Source: Methanobacteriota archaeon (GTDB lineage Archaea; Thermoplasmatota; Poseidoniia; Poseidoniales; Poseidoniaceae). Taken from it: a stretch of DNA of 64,000 bases. Both the position numbers and the translations under genes were made by a program. The DNA is taken from positions 29,228 to 93,227 of the forward strand of contig PBMQ01000007.1 in NCBI GenBank assembly GCA_002722615.1, read 5' to 3'. The notes under the pieces are model-generated. The model did no database searches and was not told the origin of the DNA. It worked only from the letters and a program-made list of their open reading frames with translations. This document shows positions 19,401-26,787 of this stretch, in pieces (the stretch's first letter is position 1; each line of letters begins with the position of its first letter).

Positions 19401-20122
19401 ATTTAGGTTTAACATCAGCCGCTCCAATCGCCTGTGAGTGGCCTCTTCAACATCAAGGTAAGTTCAATGTTGAAATTGAAGGTTTGAATGATGAAATGGA
19501 AATTACCAGTCTGAATGTGCGTGGACGAATAGACCGAGTTGACAGTCTGGTCACCGATGAATCACTACTTGAACGTCTCAATGAACTTGGCTTGTACTCT
19601 AAAGATGCCGAAGAAATACCTCTTTTCTTTGATGGTAATGGACCTCCTGCAAAGCGTTTCATTGTTATTCGAGACCTCAAAACAATCGAAGGACCAAAGC
19701 CTGATGAAAGAGGCGTTCGTCACGCTTCAGGCCTGTTTAAGGAAATTCAACTTGCACTTTATGCCCGAGCTTGGGAGCGAGCCTACCCTGGTGATCGAGT
19801 CATTGGAGTGGGGATTTCGGAGGTAGGCGATGATACCGATCATTTGCTTGAGCTTGATCCAGCATTCTCTTTCCTCGATCCTGAAGTATCTATAGGGTCA
19901 AGAACATTTTACTCAGGAAATCATTTCCGAATACCCGGCGAGGGGACAGAACCACAAAGCAATGGTTTCCGAGCATGGATGAGTTCCAGAATCACAGCAG
20001 CGATACGTGCAAGTAATGCTAGCGAACTTGGTTGGAATCATCCTACTCCTGGCTCCCATTGCAACTATTGTTCGCTTGCAAGCGCCTGCTCTTCTGCATC
20101 CATTGGAGTTGAGACAAAATGA
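16442..20122 (+). CDS. AddB/RexB-like subunit of a helicase-nuclease: degenerate helicase-like N-terminal part plus a C-terminal PD-(D/E)XK nuclease with a Cys4 signature
   Basis: I saw no Walker A in the N-terminus. AddB-like blocks include GIILLNHPPDFSEIQKRFIKAL and ADVLICTPEQAYGIQSEITMLVGLNAESW. The nuclease motifs are GRIDRVD, VIRDLKT and QLALYARAW. The cysteines are FIC(19013)PRK plus HCNYCSLASAC (20059-20088), i.e. C...CxxCx5C. The start is TTG with GGGAGG upstream. Confidence 0.75.
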   Translation: MALHITVETTLSDNTVPSWLLDGISNGQDDVLVIYPNEATRSSSIQTILEQSGSVDSSRHTTLSRLIKSLSMDFRLPVVVPKSVAGLIQVHDKFADAALKHRFPRLHPDVTRPWTSSKTERLLSLHSYAIEHQILSRWEGDPGALEADRLLTSFTDEGLIHEHHVLPHLCAALTNSELNMPYTIGTVSGIILLNHPPDFSEIQKRFIKALSSRRPLHHLCVAGSFRLGYHGAYIDDDITPIKGKSELPSWITDHEIFLQKPDDDYATEGVHIIRFEQASQVMDAAISTIKLYKSNSEGVVLLIDADKHRHQEWSQRLQQIGITCDVDVGSVDKTSAVQAILRYLAISRGQDAWSATKLFDIIQAQAFPILENLFSDLVHPVHPDWRPRPHLDVLENIGRSFHVLGGKGALQRWLGSLASAQPYSMEAFRREHESRALEETQWWLQCLATAWAALLDENEKNYLVQEFTGTTSKVQLPLPKTSKTPRDVLTTILEACSWENLFDRTQRYDESVGAVQTWVRLIDSLIMYDSTIEFVELCRLASIQTKLPSKRTKHADVLICTPEQAYGIQSEITMLVGLNAESWSMKPKRIPWIDDSVRVELGLSDGDLPIRRARHLFKSIINTSQQSILFDTEFDESAGNSTPIVEYLSMVELKGELRKIAVTPSFLEKKLSDGAGWSIMTRDNGNWLTYRTSTLTLSGHEVFLERAEDLQRDRQQQAGLELRAMRPPTSQIHSPHTLASRYERDINLDRFRRQRKFKPLENNATMDWELRENLLTTSGLVIDPTTSQAELFGSRIAISYPHLGFKKNGRSRSPSIDPRPLPPPNFPSESMNVILSTQPTENDSKIWSTSRLTPWFICPRKAWMEQTLRATEPSPEPSEDIAPLTKGTLVHSIEEHIMTLLGVEVGGDPLQQPIPLHTGTVLSNQEMWESILGKLSEIAPWLARTNAVSVHRCNDLIGCSPEQWNGWLEGNEHLPIGGRLGRLLSADLGLTSAAPIACEWPLQHQGKFNVEIEGLNDEMEITSLNVRGRIDRVDSLVTDESLLERLNELGLYSKDAEEIPLFFDGNGPPAKRFIVIRDLKTIEGPKPDERGVRHASGLFKEIQLALYARAWERAYPGDRVIGVGISEVGDDTDHLLELDPAFSFLDPEVSIGSRTFYSGNHFRIPGEGTEPQSNGFRAWMSSRITAAIRASNASELGWNHPTPGSHCNYCSLASACSSASIGVETK

Positions 20123-23100
20123 TCGATTTCAATAGAAGTCAACGCTTGGGGTTGAATCTCGATCAACACATTGCTTTAGATGCAGGAGCAGGTACAGGGA
20201 AAACAACTGTCATGGCAGAACGCTATGTCCAACATCTGCTCTCTGCAGAGCAACGAGCGACCCATTTACTACCTCCCCCAATTAGGCAAGAGCGATACGG
20301 TTCCGGGAACGTACTTGCGGCGAAACGGGATCGTACCCCACTGAACGAATGGAAAGGCCTTCTGCCGCAAGAGATTGTAGCAATCACATTCACTCGCAAA
20401 GCCGCTTCAGAACTCCGTTCAAGGATACGGCATCGGATTCAATCCCTTCGAGCAAATCCTGTGAAGGATGATGACAGGATGGGCGTTCACGACCCGCGCC
20501 TTCGTCATCAAGGGGATGTTTCTACGTTGATGTCGTTGTTGGAATCAGCTCCAATTTCAACCATTGATGCCTTCTTGTCTGAGATTTTAGCACCACATAT
20601 TGACTTGGTAGCAATCCATCTTAGTCATGAACAATTGCCAGATGAGAAAGCCCCTCTTCTAAGAAATCAAGCGCTTAATGCTGCTTGGAGAATCCGGAAC
20701 GCACGAGATGCAATTGAGGCCGGTATGCTTCAGTCTTCGGATGAATTCATTGCAGCACGAGATCGCTTAGCAATCCGACTCGGAGGACAGATGAGCGCTC
20801 AAACGGTTCTTCTGGGCCTTCTCGAATCTTCGCTTTTCGTTGAAGAATCTCGCCGCCGCCTTCGAACGCGTTCGATCAATGCTGGTTTGCCATGGGATGG
20901 TAACACTCCTCCTGACTATCGGTTGATTGAGGATATGATATTGGAAGAATGTCAACATCTCATAGACCCTGTAGTAACAGATGCACATTCCATTTTGAAC
21001 GAGTGGGTCGATGTGTTCCTGAGCCATCATGCAATCTTTGTTGCTCCTGCACAAACGTTGACAACAAATACACGATTCAATCAACTGGCACATTTGGCAC
21101 GAGAACCGCTTCCGAATGGGCCAATCGAACGTCTGCATTGGTTAAATCAGGTCGTTGCCGCAGCAACATCGTATGCACAATATGACGAGCCAAAACCATC
21201 AATTCTCAAAGGAGGGAACTTCCCTCGTTCCAACACCCTAAAGAATTGGCCATCCGGTTTGATGACATGGTCGTCGGTATTGAAAAGGAAAGCAGAAGAA
21301 GGACTGAAGGCTGAAATTAGAGCGAACGCATCCGATGCAGCCCAACGGTTACAAGATAGAATACATGACCCTGCGGATGGCCGTCTGGTTTTCATGCTTG
21401 CAAAGGTTTCTTATTGCCTAAATCCTTCCCAACCATTCCATTTCCGAGAGGCCAACGAGGACTATGATCGCCATCCAGTCGGCCTTGACTCTTCCCATGA
21501 GCCGCCACAAGGAAAACAGCGTGTTTCAAGAGAACTCCAAACAGAAGTTCTCAATGACCTTTACATCGCACACTCCGGATGTCAGGATTTACTTCGGCAC
21601 CTCAAATCTCAGGAGGAGGCGCATGATTTTGACGATGTCCAAGTTATGGTCGGTGATTTACTCCTTGTGCGATGTCCAGCTATTGTTCGCCATTGGTATC
21701 CCCCAGAGGCTGTTCAAGCCCTAGATGATGTAGGAGAAGACCCCTGGTCAGACGAACACATTCGAAGAGCGCTTACTCTTATGCAGAAGGATGAACAAAA
21801 GTATTCAGATTTACAACGTCGTTTTGCTTTATTGAAACAAATACGTACCCGCTACAGGGCATTCATCATTGATGAATATCAAGACACAAACCCTGAACAC
21901 GCCCGTCTTCTTTCACGCCTTTGGGGCCGCCGAGAAGGTCTATCAGACGAGTATCCAGAGCCAGCAGGGCCATGGGATCCCACGATTTGTATTGTTGGTG
22001 ATATGAAGCAGAGTATCTACAGATTCAGACAGGCAGAAGTCACCGTAATGCGACGAATGGTCGAATCAATCCGCATTGCTAATTGCCTTGAAAAGAATGA
22101 ACAACGATTGGAATCGTTTGTCCAAGAAGGCTATGGTCGCGACCCGAGACCAATCGGGGCAGGCGGAGAATCGGGTTCATTCATTCAAGCCTCCGATTAT
22201 TCACGGGATGAACAATCAGCTGCTTGGGAATATGTTTCAGTTGGAATTGATGACTCTGGTTTAGCTATCGATGACTCAATCATTGGGCAGCGGTCTGAAG
22301 GCCATATACAATTGAGGACAAATTTCCGAACTGCACCTGGTCTTCTCCGAACACTAAACAACATGTTTGACGATACATTCGACGAACGTCACCACCAATT
22401 TCCGGGCGATTTCCATGCAACTGCCCAACCACTCGAAGCTGGACGGGATACAGAACGTGATGGAGTCGTTGAATGGCTCATACCAACACAAACAACCACC
22501 GACCAGTTACCATTGGATTTGACTCAAGGGTACAATCTATTCGATGCGCTAAGTGCAAACCTACGCCATTTGGAGCACGAACTGATTGCATCGAGACTGG
22601 ATGCGCTTGTGCGGGGTTTAGCAACACGAATCTGGTCATCTGAACACCAGACGTTTGTTGAACTTGAAGCGGAAGAACCGATTTCACCTGAGGACGTCAT
22701 GATTCTCGTTCACTCAAGGAAACACATTCCCGATCTCATCGCTCGCCTCCAGTCACGTGGCTTACCGGTTATGGCTGATAAACAGGGAGAACTGCTCAAA
22801 CAAGCAGTCGTGCAACCCCTGATGGCATTGTTGGAACTCCTTGCAAAACCGAACTCAAGACATGCTGCACACGCATTACTACGTTCCTCAATTGTAGGCG
22901 CATCCTCGGTGCAAATCGAGGAGATCTTCCAAGAAGAGAGTGTGGAAAATTTCTGGCTTCGTATCTCGAACTATTTCATTGATGAACCCCAAGGAACCCT
23001 TCTCAAAGCGTGTGCCACGATGGTTCAGCAGGGTGCAATTTACGATATCTTTGATGCTGCATTGGACCACAGTGACCTTCTCATCGCATATCCGGATGAG

Positions 23101-25095
23101 TCAGAACGCCAAGTTGCTGAAACGTGGTGTGCCTTGCTGCGAAAACTAGGTTCAGAGTTAGGCCATGAGCCAGCAGCGATTCTTGAACAAATGAAAGCAT
23201 TCTCAACTCTAGGAAACAAGGGGCCTCAGGCGAGTTCAACTCCAACAAGCGGTGCAATTCAAATCATGACGATTCATGGTGCAAAAGGCCTTCAAGCACC
23301 AGTCGTGATTGTTACCGGTCTCTTTGAAGCAGGTCGCCGAAGTTCGAGCATTGAAGCTCAAAACAATGTATTGATTACGCCCGGTGTTATCGCAGGAAGG
23401 ATTCAGCCATGGAAGTCGAAAGAAAAGCCGGATGATGCGTTATGGATGCTGGCTGAACAAATGAATAAGGCCCAAAACCAGGCAGAGTTACGCCGCCAAT
23501 TTTACGTTGCCTTGACCCGAGTAAAGGATCGATTAATATTCGTTGGTTCACCAAATACGGCTTGTTCAATCGACGAACAATTCCTGCTTAACATGAGTGT
23601 TAACTCCAGAGGAAATAACATGGGAGATTTGATGCTTGATGGTTTCAGATACATGGGACTCCTTTCTGGGGATGAACAACCGTGGAGCCTCACTGGTGAT
23701 GTTGAGGGTGAACGTCTTGTTGAGTACGGCGAACAGGATTTAACATTCGATCCCTACGCAATTTTCCAGTCAAGTGGATTTATGCAATCATCACTCCAAC
23801 ACTTACGGATGTATCACCATCCGGATTGTTTTATGGAACAAACACCAACATCGAACCTTACCCAGTGGCTCACCATTGAACAACACCTCCGAGAACCTGT
23901 AGAGCGTGTTGAAATAGAGCCAAAACAGGTCCGACAAACCCCAACATTACGAATGACTGCTCACGGGTTGGATACTGCACATTCATGCCGTCGCCGATAT
24001 TGGTTGTCCCATATCAAAGGCTGGCAATCCGAACCGCTCGACATCCGTCATAAACCTGCATTATCAATTTCAGAAGAGGAGCTCAAAGACCGATCTGGCG
24101 GAGAAGACCTAGCAACAGATACAATTGGATGGCCTTCAGCAACTGGATTCGGTTCAATGTTTCACAGACTTGTAGAGATAGGTCTCGCTAATCCCGCAGA
24201 AGTGAAGGCAACGAATTCCCCGCTAAGTCCAGTTTGGTTGCATGCCCAAGACAACCATCTTCTTGCAGAGAAAGAAATTGATGACGCCACACAGTCTCAT
24301 CCAGAATGGCACCGTCTATCTGCCACTGAACGGGAGCAAACACGCACGCGAATTATTGAATTGGCTACGTTGTTAACAAATGGAGCACTAGGGAAGTTGG
24401 TGAACGGAGAGACCCTCAACAACCTCGAAATCGAGGGTTTGAGAACTGAAGCATCGTTCTTTTTCAACCATACAGTCGATATCGATGGGCGAATACGAAC
24501 ACCTCTCACTCAACTAGAACAATCCTTTGTAACAATCATTAATTCGGTAAACATCCACTTTGAGGGCCAAGCAGATCTTGCATTAGCAGGCATTGATGGT
24601 GAACGACCATGGTTGCAAGTTGTTGATTTGAAAACCTCGGGCGCTCGAGAAGAAGTATTAGAAAACCATGCGCTGTATGAAAAAATAGAATCTCCTTTAT
24701 CCCTTGAACCACAAAACTGGTCCGAGCACCAAATGTTACGAGATTATCGTCTGCAATTAACTCTATATTCACTGGTTTTCCGCCGCCAAGAGGAGCGTAA
24801 ACCGTCTGAACATCGGCGAGAAATTCGGCCACCAGCCCTACTAATTGCAAGTACTGGCCGATTGGTTGAAATGCCAGAAAAGATGTACGAAGAGGCAGAA
24901 AAGGAATTATTGAATCTTCTTGACTGGGTGGCTAATTTAGCTGCAGACCCAATTGGTGTTGAAGAGCCAAAACGCCTACCAGTAGAATCGATTGACACGT
25001 GTAAAAAATGCCCGTTCTTCAAGGGAGATGTTCGGATGTGCGCTCCACAAGGCATGCAGTTGGGGGTTACCGCTGACTCTTCTTTCCAAGAATAG
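20119..25095 (+). CDS. AddA/RecB-like UvrD-family SF1 helicase fused to a C-terminal PD-(D/E)XK nuclease
   Basis: Helicase motifs present: Walker A (GAGTGKTT), Ia (AITFTRKAASELRSRI), II (IIDEYQDTNPEH), III (VGDMKQSIYRFRQA), IV (LRTNFRT), TIHGAKGLQAPVVIV and VI (YVALTRVKDRLIFVG). The C-terminal nuclease has QADLAL...VVDLKTSG...QLTLYSL, with cysteines HSC(23986)RRRYW and TCKKCPFFKGDVRMC (24999-25041). The start overlaps the addB-like stop (ATGA at 20119-20122). Confidence 0.85.
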   Translation: MIDFNRSQRLGLNLDQHIALDAGAGTGKTTVMAERYVQHLLSAEQRATHLLPPPIRQERYGSGNVLAAKRDRTPLNEWKGLLPQEIVAITFTRKAASELRSRIRHRIQSLRANPVKDDDRMGVHDPRLRHQGDVSTLMSLLESAPISTIDAFLSEILAPHIDLVAIHLSHEQLPDEKAPLLRNQALNAAWRIRNARDAIEAGMLQSSDEFIAARDRLAIRLGGQMSAQTVLLGLLESSLFVEESRRRLRTRSINAGLPWDGNTPPDYRLIEDMILEECQHLIDPVVTDAHSILNEWVDVFLSHHAIFVAPAQTLTTNTRFNQLAHLAREPLPNGPIERLHWLNQVVAAATSYAQYDEPKPSILKGGNFPRSNTLKNWPSGLMTWSSVLKRKAEEGLKAEIRANASDAAQRLQDRIHDPADGRLVFMLAKVSYCLNPSQPFHFREANEDYDRHPVGLDSSHEPPQGKQRVSRELQTEVLNDLYIAHSGCQDLLRHLKSQEEAHDFDDVQVMVGDLLLVRCPAIVRHWYPPEAVQALDDVGEDPWSDEHIRRALTLMQKDEQKYSDLQRRFALLKQIRTRYRAFIIDEYQDTNPEHARLLSRLWGRREGLSDEYPEPAGPWDPTICIVGDMKQSIYRFRQAEVTVMRRMVESIRIANCLEKNEQRLESFVQEGYGRDPRPIGAGGESGSFIQASDYSRDEQSAAWEYVSVGIDDSGLAIDDSIIGQRSEGHIQLRTNFRTAPGLLRTLNNMFDDTFDERHHQFPGDFHATAQPLEAGRDTERDGVVEWLIPTQTTTDQLPLDLTQGYNLFDALSANLRHLEHELIASRLDALVRGLATRIWSSEHQTFVELEAEEPISPEDVMILVHSRKHIPDLIARLQSRGLPVMADKQGELLKQAVVQPLMALLELLAKPNSRHAAHALLRSSIVGASSVQIEEIFQEESVENFWLRISNYFIDEPQGTLLKACATMVQQGAIYDIFDAALDHSDLLIAYPDESERQVAETWCALLRKLGSELGHEPAAILEQMKAFSTLGNKGPQASSTPTSGAIQIMTIHGAKGLQAPVVIVTGLFEAGRRSSSIEAQNNVLITPGVIAGRIQPWKSKEKPDDALWMLAEQMNKAQNQAELRRQFYVALTRVKDRLIFVGSPNTACSIDEQFLLNMSVNSRGNNMGDLMLDGFRYMGLLSGDEQPWSLTGDVEGERLVEYGEQDLTFDPYAIFQSSGFMQSSLQHLRMYHHPDCFMEQTPTSNLTQWLTIEQHLREPVERVEIEPKQVRQTPTLRMTAHGLDTAHSCRRRYWLSHIKGWQSEPLDIRHKPALSISEEELKDRSGGEDLATDTIGWPSATGFGSMFHRLVEIGLANPAEVKATNSPLSPVWLHAQDNHLLAEKEIDDATQSHPEWHRLSATEREQTRTRIIELATLLTNGALGKLVNGETLNNLEIEGLRTEASFFFNHTVDIDGRIRTPLTQLEQSFVTIINSVNIHFEGQADLALAGIDGERPWLQVVDLKTSGAREEVLENHALYEKIESPLSLEPQNWSEHQMLRDYRLQLTLYSLVFRRQEERKPSEHRREIRPPALLIASTGRLVEMPEKMYEEAEKELLNLLDWVANLAADPIGVEEPKRLPVESIDTCKKCPFFKGDVRMCAPQGMQLGVTADSSFQE

Positions 25096-25693
25096 CAAGA
25101 GTTCCTGGTTTACCAGGAGATTGGTTGGCTCTCCAAGCATGAACTTCAGTAAACCCAACTTCATTCCACATTGCAATCCATTCATTCTCGGAATGAGTTG
25201 ACATGTGAACATCGAGGGCTTCAGGCCAACCTAGGCTTTCCTCGTTTTCGGCGTAATGATCAATTCCAATCACGGCCCATCCGTCGTCTGACAACCAGTC
25301 ATCATGAATGGATTGAAGCATACCTTTCGGGTCATGGAGATAGTAGATGAATTCCATTGAGTGGATAATGTTGTACTGTTGAAGAGGTTTGGTTTCGGGA
25401 AACATAGCAAGGAGATAGCCGTTGTCTGAATCAACTGCTTTTGCCTTCTCAATCATGTGCTCTGCTCCATCAAAGCCGTCAGCTTGCTCGCATTGTTCGT
25501 GCTCGGCGACCTTTCGGACAACCCAACCATTGCCGCATCCCAAGTCTGCAAAACTGAATGAATTGCCGTTTACTGCAACCTTCGGAATTGCAACATTCAA
25601 CATTTCTTCAACAGCTGGGCCATGGCCACGTTCCATACCCTCATCTTTCCCTCGATGTGCCCAGTCATCAAAGACGTCAGTCGCTTGCTTCAT
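25067..25693 (-). CDS. class I SAM-dependent methyltransferase
   Basis: The SAM-binding motif I is FADLGCGNGWVVRKVA, followed by a downstream acidic loop. I chose ATG 25693 (MKQATDVF...). The longer track ORF (to 25855) runs antisense into the pip leader. Its 3' end overlaps the addA-like 3' end by 29 nt (convergent). Confidence 0.7.
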   Translation of the reverse strand: MKQATDVFDDWAHRGKDEGMERGHGPAVEEMLNVAIPKVAVNGNSFSFADLGCGNGWVVRKVAEHEQCEQADGFDGAEHMIEKAKAVDSDNGYLLAMFPETKPLQQYNIIHSMEFIYYLHDPKGMLQSIHDDWLSDDGWAVIGIDHYAENEESLGWPEALDVHMSTHSENEWIAMWNEVGFTEVHAWRANQSPGKPGTLAILGKKSQR

Positions 25694-25751
25694 ACACCTG
25701 CGAGCACATAAGGTGAAAAAAGGCATCGAAAGCAACATCATCCTCGTCCGC

Positions 25752-26723
25752 ATGGAGAAAGACATGAGCCTAAGTTCAGAAGCAATCGATGAAGTCCTGT
25801 ATCCCAAGATTGAGCCGTATGCAACTGGAATGCTTCCAGTTTCCGATCGGCACACTATTGCTTGGGAGTGTGCAGGGAACCCAGAAGGAACCCCAGTTCT
25901 CGTAATTCACGGTGGGCCTGGAGGTGGTAGTCAACCATCTTATCGACGATATTTTGATCCTCAAAAGTGGAACGTCATACAATTTGATCAGAGAGGCTGT
26001 GGAAAATCAACACCATATGCTGACCTCCAAGAAAACGATACCATGAGCCTAGTGTCTGATATTGAAGCATTAAGAGGGCACTTTGATATCGAGACATGGC
26101 ACGTTTTTGGAGGGTCTTGGGGTTCAACTCTTTCGATGATCTATGGAATTACACACCCAGAACGCGTACGCTCGTTTATTCTCCGTGGAATCTTCATGTG
26201 TCGTGAATCTGAACTCCACTGGTTCTACCAAGAAGGAGCGAGTCATGTCTTCCCTGATGCATTTGAACCTTATTCCAATCATATTCCTAGGGATGAACAA
26301 TCAAGTCTTATTCCAGCATACTACAAGCGATTAACGAGCGAAGATGTTGAAATTCGCAGGGCTGCTGCAAAGGAATGGACTCGCTGGGAGATGGCAACGA
26401 GCCGTCTCTTCCCTGATCCAGAATATCTCGATAAAGCAGAAGATTTAGATTTCGCGGTTGCATTTGCTCGTATTGAATGCCATTATTTCATCAATGGAAT
26501 TTTTGTAGAGGATGGCTTCATTTTGAACCATACAAAATCCATTGAAAAGATTCCTACTATCATTGTACAGGGCCGTTATGATATGGTTTGTCCAGTGAAG
26601 AGTGCATGGGAATTGCACAAACAACTTCCCCATTCAACACTACATATTATTCCCGATGCAGGTCATTCAATGGGAGAAGTTCCGATTGCGAGAGCATTGA
26701 TTGAAGCCACAGATTCTTTGTAA
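25752..26723 (+). CDS. pip: proline iminopeptidase (prolyl aminopeptidase, alpha/beta hydrolase)
   Basis: LYPKIEPYATGMLPVSDRHTIAWECAGNPEGTPVLVIHGGPGGG, the nucleophile FGGSWGSTLSM and the C-terminal IIPDAGHS are typical Pip motifs. The start is ATG 25752 or 25764. The track ORF start at 25422 gives a spurious 110-aa extension. Confidence 0.85.
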   Translation: MEKDMSLSSEAIDEVLYPKIEPYATGMLPVSDRHTIAWECAGNPEGTPVLVIHGGPGGGSQPSYRRYFDPQKWNVIQFDQRGCGKSTPYADLQENDTMSLVSDIEALRGHFDIETWHVFGGSWGSTLSMIYGITHPERVRSFILRGIFMCRESELHWFYQEGASHVFPDAFEPYSNHIPRDEQSSLIPAYYKRLTSEDVEIRRAAAKEWTRWEMATSRLFPDPEYLDKAEDLDFAVAFARIECHYFINGIFVEDGFILNHTKSIEKIPTIIVQGRYDMVCPVKSAWELHKQLPHSTLHIIPDAGHSMGEVPIARALIEATDSL

Positions 26724-26787
26724 GAAGTACGCTTTGGAGACCAAGCAGTACAAGTGGGTCAATAAGGGAGAAGATTGACGTATAAGT

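Noticed and set aside
16442-25095. Interpreting the AddAB-like pair as part of a phage-defence island
   Set aside because: The flanks are housekeeping (TFB-like gene, methyltransferase, pip). I saw no neighbouring restriction, abortive-infection, CRISPR-Cas, integrase or tRNA-boundary signals, so a DNA-repair role is at least as likely. The unusual features are reported as a finding without the defence claim.
25422-25751. 110-codon N-terminal extension of the proline iminopeptidase ORF (track start 25422)
   Set aside because: It runs antisense across the methyltransferase gene, is Ser/Cys/Pro-rich with no Pip homology, and the Pip consensus begins right after ATG 25752/25764. I treat it as an ORF-calling artefact.
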